Source: a virus | Lineage: Duplodnaviria > Caudoviricetes | DNA length: 25,220 nt | Direction: 5' to 3' (one strand) | IMG/VR virus record: IMGVR_UViG_3300027672_000082 | Span: 1 to 25,220 of that record | In this document: positions 18,565-24,917 of the stretch, one piece after another | How positions within the stretch are numbered: the first letter of the stretch is position 1 | How the letters are laid out: each line of letters starts with the position of its first letter | Notes under the pieces: model-generated | The model's database searches: none | What the model saw: only the letters and a program-made list of their open reading frames with translations | What the model was told of the DNA's origin: nothing | Made by a program: the position numbers and the translations under genes

Positions 18565-18600
18565 ATTATACGCTGATTTTTACCATATTGTCAAGAACTA
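18565..18600 (-). promoter_or_regulatory. sigma70 promoter overlapping the iscU stop codon
   Basis: tagttcTTGACA-18 bp-TATAAT. Confidence 0.8.
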
Positions 18601-18971
18601 TTTTTTGAATGGTAATTTTTAATTGCTGTTTTGATTGCATCTTCGGCTAGTACACTGCAATGTATCTTTACAGGTGGAAGTGCGAGTTCCTGAGCTAGCT
18701 GTGTATTTTTCACTTGGTTCGCATCGTCGATGTGCATACCTTTTACCCACTCAGTAAGAAGGCTAGAAGATGCTATTGCACTACCACACCCATAAGTTTT
18801 AAACTTTGCGTCAGTAATAATACCTTCATCTACCTGGATCTGTAGACGCATAACATCTCCACAAGCAGGTGCTCCAACCATACCAGTACCTACGTTAGAA
18901 GCATTCTCATCAAGAATACCTACGTTGCGTGGGTTCTCATAGTGATCTAATAGTTGTTTACTGTACGCCAT
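18591..18971 (-). CDS. iscU: Fe-S cluster scaffold protein IscU
   Basis: MAYS..LLDHYENPRNVG, GAPACGD, FKTYGCGSAIASSS, LPPVKIHCS. Confidence 0.96.
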   Translation of the reverse strand: MAYSKQLLDHYENPRNVGILDENASNVGTGMVGAPACGDVMRLQIQVDEGIITDAKFKTYGCGSAIASSSLLTEWVKGMHIDDANQVKNTQLAQELALPPVKIHCSVLAEDAIKTAIKNYHSKNSS

Positions 18972-18972
18972 G

Positions 18973-19302
18973 TTATTCTCCTCCTACATAGAAGCTCTCT
19001 CCGCATCCACACTCTGATGTTACGTTTGGGTTTACGAACTTAAAACCTTCATTAAGTCCTTCGTATTGATACTCTAGTACAGTACCATCCAGGTATATCT
19101 TACTCTTTGGGTCTATTACGAGGGTTACCTCGCGATCATTTATTACAATATCTTCTCTATCCATATTGTATGAGTACTCAAGAACGTATGCTAATCCACT
19201 ACATCCTACTGTCTTTACGCCTACGCGTATTCCTTCACAGTCAGGCTTTGCCTGCAAGTGGGTTCGTAATGGTTCATATGCTGACTCTGCAATACTTATC
19301 AT
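18973..19302 (-). CDS. iscA: A-type Fe-S carrier IscA (HesB family)
   Basis: GIRVGVK..GCSGLAY, GLNEGFKFVNPN, CGCGESF. Confidence 0.94.
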   Translation of the reverse strand: MISIAESAYEPLRTHLQAKPDCEGIRVGVKTVGCSGLAYVLEYSYNMDREDIVINDREVTLVIDPKSKIYLDGTVLEYQYEGLNEGFKFVNPNVTSECGCGESFYVGGE

Positions 19303-20051
19303 AATTTTTCCAAATTTACTCCATACTCTTTCAAGTGCTGAAGCTTGCCTAGTTCATAGGCTGGAGCGTAGGCATTAAAACCTCCTGATGTTACGCTAGA
19401 GAAGTTAGTATCCTCACTGTCTACTTTTTGCATCACATATATACTATAACACGGACATCCGTACTTCTCTTCATAGTCTATATTTGCCATACCTTTCTTA
19501 CCTACTAGCCAGTCTAAATCCAATCGTTCTTTAACTATTACAGTACTGTGGTAGATGGCTGACCACGCTATCTCCCCGTAGGCGAAGTCAGTAGCTACGC
19601 ACTCGTCTGGGAAGTAATGAGGTGTTAGTCTTTCTTCTTTGTTATTTGGTCTTTGTGGTACTCCAACTCTCTCAAGAATGCTTCGTATGAATCCGACTGA
19701 CCTAAATAGTCTTTTGCTGATATCTGTAATAGTATGTCCTCCGAGAAAGTCCGTGACTGCTTCAGAGATTTCTGGAGTACTTGCTGGACGACCCCGAAGA
19801 GACGCTTTGCGCTTTTTGGTATACGCTTTTTGTTCATCATATTCCTCTATAATTTTTCCTAGCCTAGTAGTATTATAGGCTATGTTGAGAATGTCACACG
19901 CTTCTTTTTTAGTTATCGGTTTTAACGATGCCGTAGTTGTAGAGTCCTCCGTAACTAGAGCTGAAGTACTGGGGTTTAGAAGCGTTATCACCTTCTCTAT
20001 GTTTTGAGGGCTTAGGTTCTCCCAGTCTTTCTTTTTCACTGATCTTGCCAT
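19299..20051 (-). CDS. D2: T5 D2-like DNA-binding protein
   Basis: ITKKEACDILNIAYNTTRL, ISKRLFRS, ELGKLQHL; synteny upstream of D3. Confidence 0.82.
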   Translation of the reverse strand: MARSVKKKDWENLSPQNIEKVITLLNPSTSALVTEDSTTTASLKPITKKEACDILNIAYNTTRLGKIIEEYDEQKAYTKKRKASLRGRPASTPEISEAVTDFLGGHTITDISKRLFRSVGFIRSILERVGVPQRPNNKEERLTPHYFPDECVATDFAYGEIAWSAIYHSTVIVKERLDLDWLVGKKGMANIDYEEKYGCPCYSIYVMQKVDSEDTNFSSVTSGGFNAYAPAYELGKLQHLKEYGVNLEKL

Positions 20052-20253
20052 ATTCTAACTCCAGTAGTAATTCGCAATAATGTATAACCTTCTTAATATC
20101 TTCGACCCCATTCTTCATAGAGTGTCTAGTAATATACTTTATCACATTTCCTTCCATATATCCCATGTTGTTAGCGTGGATATACTCTATAGGTTGTATC
20201 TTTAGGTCTTTGTAATGTCTACCGCCTTCCTGCTTATCTAGTGCTTTCCTCAT
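19909..20253 (-). CDS. DUF3310 (SaV-like / T7 gp1.7-related) protein
   Basis: GGRHYK...QPIEYI...EGNVIKYITR...KNGVEDIKK..HY; the tail overlaps D2 by 143 nt. Confidence 0.8.
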   Translation of the reverse strand: MRKALDKQEGGRHYKDLKIQPIEYIHANNMGYMEGNVIKYITRHSMKNGVEDIKKVIHYCELLLELEYGKISEKERLGEPKPSKHREGDNASKPQYFSSSYGGLYNYGIVKTDN

Positions 20254-20849
20254 TTAGCTGTGATCCTCTTCTCATAATCTGCATAGTCATCATTCCACCA
20301 GGGAGGTCTTTCACGATACTTCCAAGTGGCGAAGGTGGCTTTATCTAAGTGATAGTAATCTCTATATGCTTGTATAGGATTGTCGTAGTCTTTTAACTCA
20401 TCTGGCATTGCTAGTCCGAACTGTGTGAATCCGAGTCTTGGCATGTTGATTGGCTCTGGTAGTTTATTAACCACTTCCGCAATCGACTTATGCTGTTTAG
20501 CATAGCGATAGTAGTATTCATCATTAAGAGCGTTACCATAACAGTGTGTCCATTCAAAGTTGTCTAACGATGATCTAACCCATATAGTACAAGGATGGTT
20601 ATACATCATCGGTAGGTAAGGTGTTAAGGGTCTATCTTCCATTGGAAGATGTTTAATGTCTTTCTTTAAGGCGTTAAGATAATCGCGTTCCTCTTTATTA
20701 AGAGCGCGAGGAATAAAACCTAAGTGTGTATCTACCCATATTGCTGTACACATGAGCTGTGCTACTTCTAAGGGCATTTTTACAATATGCTTATCTACAT
20801 GATACTCAGCACATTTGTCGAGATCTTCGTCTAAATAAAACAAATTCAT
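20250..20849 (-). CDS. Pyrimidine-dimer DNA glycosylase/endonuclease V-like protein
   Basis: MNLFYLD...HVDKHIVKMPLE.AQL, NHPCTIWVR, AMPD, AYRDYY...K, W...PPW. Confidence 0.78.
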   Translation of the reverse strand: MNLFYLDEDLDKCAEYHVDKHIVKMPLEVAQLMCTAIWVDTHLGFIPRALNKEERDYLNALKKDIKHLPMEDRPLTPYLPMMYNHPCTIWVRSSLDNFEWTHCYGNALNDEYYYRYAKQHKSIAEVVNKLPEPINMPRLGFTQFGLAMPDELKDYDNPIQAYRDYYHLDKATFATWKYRERPPWWNDDYADYEKRITAK

Positions 20850-20875
20850 ATACAGTATCCCTAAATTGAATGTAT

Positions 20876-20910
20876 ATTATACTGTAATTTAGTTACTAAG
20901 TCAAGAACTA
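20876..20910 (-). promoter_or_regulatory. sigma70 promoter
   Basis: tagttcTTGACT-17 bp-TATAAT. Confidence 0.8.
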
Positions 20911-21399
20911 TTATTCGACTTGTACACCAACTGCTGCTGCTGGTTCATCATTAATTGTTACATCTCTGTAGTATACAATGACCTCACCAAGCTGATTGAT
21001 GTATCGTTTCAGCTCCTGGGTATTGTAAGACATTAACTCATAGTCTCCTATACTCATTGCGATAAATACTAGATCACCACCATGTTTCTTTTTGATGTCA
21101 TCTACAAACTTATCGAAATAGGTATATCCTTCAGGATATAAATCTTCTCTACCTAGCTTACAGTTAGATTTTTTAGTTTCAGGGTCTTTTAGACATGCTT
21201 CTACTATTTTTGAGTCAGACACAACATACCATTTAGGCTCTTTCAAGTCTAAAGGTCTAGGCATTGTAGGTTGTGTTATTTGTATTTGTACAGGTTTGGT
21301 TATTATCTGAACCTCTCTAGGCTCAGGTGCTTTAGGTAGTAGACTGCAACCGCTAATCGTTAAGAGTATGAATGCGCTTGCTAATATCTTCGATTTCAT
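20911..21399 (-). CDS. Outer-membrane lipoprotein, putative o-spanin (Rz1-like)
   Basis: MKSKILASAFILLTISG-C lipobox, Pro-rich linker, GGAGG SD; overlaps the i-spanin 3' end. Confidence 0.75.
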   Translation of the reverse strand: MKSKILASAFILLTISGCSLLPKAPEPREVQIITKPVQIQITQPTMPRPLDLKEPKWYVVSDSKIVEACLKDPETKKSNCKLGREDLYPEGYTYFDKFVDDIKKKHGGDLVFIAMSIGDYELMSYNTQELKRYINQLGEVIVYYRDVTINDEPAAAVGVQVE

Positions 21400-21745
21400 T
21401 AAACACTGCCTCCGTCTTTTCATTTGCCCGCTTCTGCATCATTCCAGGTTTGGCACTGGCGAGTTTGGTTATGTTGTGTCTACGAAACACGTCTAAATAA
21501 TCTGCCATCTCAGTTTCATACTGTTGATTATTTTGTTGCAGAACTGCATTAGCTTTCGTAGTTTTTTCCACGTTTGCTTGAATAGCAGCAATAGCTGCCT
21601 GTTGTTCCTGGTCTCGAAGGTCTTGAGCTACCATTACCTTCGCTTGTTCTTCTAGCTTATTCTTCATAGGTATGACACTATACTGGAAATACATATAACC
21701 AGTAACGCTCATTGCTACTATGATTCCCATAAGTATCTTAGACAT
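21353..21745 (-). CDS. Putative i-spanin (Rz-like)
   Basis: N-terminal TM helix followed by long coiled coil; lies between endolysin and lipoprotein. Confidence 0.75.
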   Translation of the reverse strand: MSKILMGIIVAMSVTGYMYFQYSVIPMKNKLEEQAKVMVAQDLRDQEQQAAIAAIQANVEKTTKANAVLQQNNQQYETEMADYLDVFRRHNITKLASAKPGMMQKRANEKTEAVFNEIEDISKRIHTLND

Positions 21746-22178
21746 TTTCTACCCGTACCATTAAGCGTTCTGCTCGATTAGTAACTTGGCGATACCATGC
21801 AGAGTCTCTTCCTTCTATACCTGCTTGCTTCCAGTCATGTGCATCTAACGCTTTCTTGAAGTTTTTGAACTTACTCAATCGTGGTCGTCCAAGATTAAAT
21901 AACATATTCACTAGCACTTCTTGTATTTCATCGGGGAAAGTCTCCCACATATCATAAAGATAAGCACATTCGCGGACTGCTACATCAAAGTCTTTTTCAA
22001 ATGCTGATGCTACTCTGTCCCTAGAAACCTCTGTACCCACTGGCCAATTCATTTCAAGGTCTAGGTCTCTTACTAAGTGTCCTATACCAAATGTTTTATA
22101 GCCCAAGTGATCTTCGTAGATTTCATAAACTACTCCTTCGTCAATTTCTAGTTGCTTTCGTACATTATCTCTATTCAT
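21738..22178 (-). CDS. Endolysin, T4-lysozyme-like muramidase
   Basis: Catalytic E14-x8-D23-x5-T29, TFGIGHL, NMLFNLG, SAWYRQVTNRAERL. Confidence 0.9.
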   Translation of the reverse strand: MNRDNVRKQLEIDEGVVYEIYEDHLGYKTFGIGHLVRDLDLEMNWPVGTEVSRDRVASAFEKDFDVAVRECAYLYDMWETFPDEIQEVLVNMLFNLGRPRLSKFKNFKKALDAHDWKQAGIEGRDSAWYRQVTNRAERLMVRVENV

Positions 22179-22314
22179 ATGTGAGTTCCTTTTTATTACT
22201 GTGTTTGACGTATCCAGACTTTAATGCCCTTTTACGGTCAGCCATAACTACGCCCCTATTATACTTTCTTAAGTATTTGGCTACGGGGTTTCTAGTTTTG
22301 GCTGACTTTTTCAT
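22171..22314 (-). CDS. 47 aa basic peptide with NPVAK...KH motif
   Basis: MKKSAKTRNPVAKYLRKYNRGVVMADRKRALKSGYVKHSNKKELTYE; AGGA SD; stop overlaps endolysin start. Not in the ORF track. Confidence 0.75.
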   Translation of the reverse strand: MKKSAKTRNPVAKYLRKYNRGVVMADRKRALKSGYVKHSNKKELTYE

Positions 22315-22318
22315 AGTT

Positions 22319-22426
22319 TTATCCTGCTAATGCGCTGGCGTATATTGTTATAAACGGCAAGGCTAAACAGCTTACTGCTGTAACCGTGTTGCATAATAAA
22401 CAAACGGCCTTATCTTTTTTACTCAC
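22319..22426 (-). CDS. 35 aa single-TM peptide (holin/antiholin candidate)
   Basis: GTG start with GGAG SD: MSKKDKAVCLLCNTVTAVSCLALPFITIYASALAG; in-frame ATG also at 22438. Confidence 0.55.
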   Translation of the reverse strand: MSKKDKAVCLLCNTVTAVSCLALPFITIYASALAG

Positions 22427-22469
22427 TTTCTTCTCCATGCTTCTTAGGTCTTTAGACCCTCTTCTCAGG

Positions 22470-22748
22470 CTACTTTAAGGCGAGCCTGCATTGCCTCATT
22501 TTAAATTCAATGTCGTTGGCAATCTCTCTAAACTGATCCCAACCACCTATGTGTTTTCCGTCTACAACAATCTGAGGAACTGTTTTAGCATAAGGAAAGT
22601 GTGATGTAAAGTCTTCGACTTCATAGTCAATATCTAGTTTTACTACTTCGTAACTGAAGTCGTCTGCTGACTTGTCTAGTCGTTCACAAGCTCTCTCTGC
22701 GCTGTCACAAAAGTGACACTGTTCTCTGCTCCAGATCTTTACATGCAT
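22470..22748 (-). CDS. grx: Glutaredoxin
   Basis: CHFC active site, KTVPQIVVDGKHIGGW. Confidence 0.92.
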   Translation of the reverse strand: MHVKIWSREQCHFCDSAERACERLDKSADDFSYEVVKLDIDYEVEDFTSHFPYAKTVPQIVVDGKHIGGWDQFREIANDIEFKMRQCRLALK

Positions 22749-22936
22749 TACTGTACGCCTCGACGTACCAATTCGTTACGCCAGGATTGCTTATGCTTTG
22801 GCTTAGCATTACCATTCTCAAGAGCGTTCTGAATGTCTTGAGTAGGAGTTGATCGAAGGTAGTGGTTTACAGTCTTATACTTCTTCGATGCGCGATCTAC
22901 TAATACTTTGGATGATTCTTTAAACTTGGCTGGCAT
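22748..22936 (-). CDS. Small basic hypothetical protein
   Basis: 62 aa, GGGAG SD, coupled to grx, ends NELVRRG. Confidence 0.65.
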   Translation of the reverse strand: MPAKFKESSKVLVDRASKKYKTVNHYLRSTPTQDIQNALENGNAKPKHKQSWRNELVRRGVQ

Positions 22937-23099
22937 TGTCGTTCTCCCGTTGATATTCTAAATTTAGTTTTTGTAGTGTTTCTTCCGCTAATTGTTTATT
23001 TCTTGTGACCATATAGACTTTACCAGTCCCAAACTCAAAAATTTTATAGTTTATGTGTCCTTGTCCATCTTTCCATGTAGTTATAGTTAAGTTACTCAT
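22920..23099 (-). CDS. Hypothetical protein
   Basis: 59 aa from MSNLTIT; start overlaps the upstream gene's stop. Confidence 0.55.
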   Translation of the reverse strand: MSNLTITTWKDGQGHINYKIFEFGTGKVYMVTRNKQLAEETLQKLNLEYQRENDNASQV

Positions 23100-23229
23100 C
23101 ATCCACCACCAATAAACCTTCATCTACTAGGTGTTCAATGGTAGTTTCTATGCCTTCTTGCTTGCCTAATGCGTGGCAATGCATTCCGCACCCGACCAAA
23201 CAAAATACAAATACTGCTATCTCTGCCAT
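23092..23229 (-). CDS. 45 aa membrane-anchored hypothetical protein, first gene of the leftward transcript
   Basis: AAGGAG SD; MAEIAVFVFCLVGCGMHCHALGKQEGIETTIEHLVDEGLLVVDDE. Not in the ORF track. Confidence 0.7.
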   Translation of the reverse strand: MAEIAVFVFCLVGCGMHCHALGKQEGIETTIEHLVDEGLLVVDDE

Positions 23230-23261
23230 GACTTCTCCTTAATTTCTCCACTTGAAAAACT

Positions 23262-23290
23262 ATTATACGCACAAATGAGCGTTATGTCAA
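23262..23290 (-). promoter_or_regulatory. sigma70 promoter (leftward 1)
   Basis: TTGACA-17 bp-TATAAT. Confidence 0.85.
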
Positions 23291-23338
23291 GATCTAAATG
23301 CGTTTTTGTTTGATATTTTTCTGACATACTATGAAGGA

Positions 23339-23370
23339 ATTATACATGAAATATGACAAATTGTCAAGAA
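23339..23370 (-). promoter_or_regulatory. sigma70 promoter (leftward 2)
   Basis: ttcTTGACA-17 bp-TATAAT. Confidence 0.8.
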
Positions 23371-23391
23371 TAATTTTTGGAAGGTTAAAAA

Positions 23392-23426
23392 AAGTTCTTG
23401 ACAAATGTGTTATTTTGGAATATAAT
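23392..23426 (+). promoter_or_regulatory. sigma70 promoter (rightward)
   Basis: aagttcTTGACA-17 bp-TATAAT, A-tract upstream. Confidence 0.85.
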
Positions 23427-23432
23427 ACTCTT

Positions 23433-23603
23433 ATGAAAAAATATCAGAAGAAACCTTGGTCAGTATCAGAGCGTAAATTGCTAAGTCTTTACTATTTTCA
23501 TGCTAGTATAGATGAGGTAATGGACATGATACCAGACCGTAGCGAAACTGCAATACGCAATCAAGTGGGATACTTGCGTAAAAGAGGCTATAGGTTTAAA
23601 TGA
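23433..23603 (+). CDS. Small Myb/HTH-like DNA-binding protein
   Basis: MKKYQKKPWSVSERKLL...RSETAIRNQVGYLRK; start revised to 23433 because the longer frame runs through promoter DNA. Confidence 0.7.
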   Translation: MKKYQKKPWSVSERKLLSLYYFHASIDEVMDMIPDRSETAIRNQVGYLRKRGYRFK

Positions 23604-23683
23604 TGTTATCACCAATAGAATTAACAATACTGTTCTGTGCTTTAGCGTTTTTAGCACTGACAAGAGATCAAGACGATCAATAG
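23603..23683 (+). CDS. 26 aa hydrophobic peptide
   Basis: MLSPIELTILFCALAFLALTRDQDDQ; start overlaps the upstream stop and the ORF fills the gap before rpsU. Confidence 0.45.
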   Translation: MLSPIELTILFCALAFLALTRDQDDQ

Positions 23684-23692
23684 GACTAAATA

Positions 23693-23896
23693 ATGCAAGT
23701 TAAGGTAAGAGGAACAAATGTGGAGGGTGCACTTCGTACTTTCCGTAAGAAGGTTACTGAGAGTGGGGTGCTTTTCCAACACAGAGAAAAGCAGCACTAC
23801 GAGAAACCGACTACCAAGAAACAGAAGAAGTTAGCAGCAGCAAAAGCGAGAGAGCGTAAGCGCCAGGGTGTAATAAATCCAAAGCGGCTCTTTTAG
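23693..23896 (+). CDS. rpsU: Ribosomal protein bS21
   Basis: VKVR..NVEGALRTFRKK...G.L...REKQHYEKPTTKKQKK.AAA. Confidence 0.9.
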   Translation: MQVKVRGTNVEGALRTFRKKVTESGVLFQHREKQHYEKPTTKKQKKLAAAKARERKRQGVINPKRLF

Positions 23897-23928
23897 TTCT
23901 TGACATAGCCCCTAAACTTTAGTATAAT
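23894..23928 (+). promoter_or_regulatory. sigma70 promoter
   Basis: tagttcTTGACA-17 bp-TATAAT; the TAG is the rpsU stop. Confidence 0.85.
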
Positions 23929-23952
23929 AGTCTTATAAATTAGAGGATTAAG

Positions 23953-24375
23953 ATGATTACATATTGTAATGAAAATGCTAAGTTTGACCCTTTTATTGAC
24001 GAGTGTGTCAATGCCCTGTTTCCGCACAGCACTGCCGAAGCACTGATTGACATTGAATATGTCGATGAAATAGAAAACAACCATGCAGGAACTTGCATAG
24101 GTGACAAAGAATTTGTACAAATAACCCTTTCTACTAATTACTCACTAGAATGTGGTGACAAGATTAAATATTGCGATCAAGAGGTCGCATCTAACCTAGC
24201 TCATGAGCTAGTCCATGCTCGTCAATTTATTAATGGCGAGATTAACTCAGACGATTACGTCTGGAAAGGTGTTGACTATCATGACAGTGACTATGCTGAA
24301 ACCCCGTGGGAGGTTGAGGCGTATCAAATGGAACAAGTGTTGGTCGACCTATTTTGGGAGAACAAAAATGATTAA
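23953..24375 (+). CDS. Putative zinc metallopeptidase (HEXXH)
   Basis: LAHELVHARQ...PWEVEAY; GAGGA SD. Confidence 0.75.
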   Translation: MITYCNENAKFDPFIDECVNALFPHSTAEALIDIEYVDEIENNHAGTCIGDKEFVQITLSTNYSLECGDKIKYCDQEVASNLAHELVHARQFINGEINSDDYVWKGVDYHDSDYAETPWEVEAYQMEQVLVDLFWENKND

Positions 24376-24520
24376 TATAATTAGTTCAGTTTTAATTATC
24401 GTAGTATTGGGTGTTTTACTTCATGGAGCTTTTTTAGTAGCAAGAGACAAGGACAGAGAGTGGCACAGACGCCACGGTTACAAAATTGAGGTAGAGCGAA
24501 ATGACTCTAGTAGCTTATGA
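24368..24520 (+). CDS. Small membrane protein
   Basis: MINIISSVLIIVVLGVLLHGAFLVA TM segment; GGGAG SD. Confidence 0.6.
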   Translation: MINIISSVLIIVVLGVLLHGAFLVARDKDREWHRRHGYKIEVERNDSSSL

Positions 24521-24549
24521 AATTGAGTCTAAGAACGTATGGAGCATTA

Positions 24550-24726
24550 ATGAAATTTTGGCGAATATGGGCTAAGTCCCTAGGAGAGAAAGTTGGAGAC
24601 ACAGATAGACAGGCTAATAGCGTTGCAATTATTAGAACCATATGGTGGTTTACTCATATGGCTACTTGTGGATTTATTATATTAAATGCATGGGCAAATC
24701 ATGGATGGGGGTTATTCGGTCTATGA
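24550..24726 (+). CDS. Small membrane protein (WRIWAKSLG...IRT type)
   Basis: GGAG SD before ATG 24550 (alternative start 24517); C-terminal hydrophobic helix. Confidence 0.65.
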   Translation: MKFWRIWAKSLGEKVGDTDRQANSVAIIRTIWWFTHMATCGFIILNAWANHGWGLFGL

Positions 24727-24917
24727 AAATAGTTAAAACAATTGATTTAGGTACTCGACGTACAAGTTGGGTTTGTATAGGTAAAAAAGACACTAAGATC
24801 AGCCCACGCTTTTCAACTAAGGAGGAAGCTGGCTACTGGCTAGTGCAATTCATGGGTGAACAAGATGAAGCAAACAAAAGGGTGGAAAGTATGGAAGCAC
24901 GCACTGGGGTCTTATAG
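24723..24917 (+). CDS. Hypothetical protein
   Basis: ATGA-coupled start; SPRFSTKEEA..W motif. Confidence 0.5.
   Translation: MKIVKTIDLGTRRTSWVCIGKKDTKISPRFSTKEEAGYWLVQFMGEQDEANKRVESMEARTGVL

Noticed and set aside
18591-19302. Host chromosomal contamination explaining the isc genes
   Set aside because: The genes overlap phage D2 and a phage-type promoter, the order differs from bacterial operons and no other isc genes flank them; read-level confirmation is still advisable
904-19878. Many plus-strand and nested ORFs in the track (e.g. 904-1254, 1241-1561, 3857-4276, 12332-12664, 13700-14282, 16431-16700, 19639-19878)
   Set aside because: Antisense or alternate-frame shadows of well-supported genes, with no recognisable motifs
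22427-22469. Possible riboswitch or ribozyme (CTGAGA / CTCAGG-like words)
   Set aside because: Only about 40 nt with one short hairpin; the remaining TPP, glycine or hammerhead core elements are missing
8193-23928. Recurrent TGTCAAGAACTA as a CRISPR or mobile-element repeat
   Set aside because: Irregular kb-scale spacing, and always 17-18 bp from a TATAAT box, so explained as promoters
22091-24120. Track ORFs 22091-22330 (+), 23481-23663 (-) and 23893-24120 (-)
   Set aside because: Antisense to better-supported genes that have SDs or promoters
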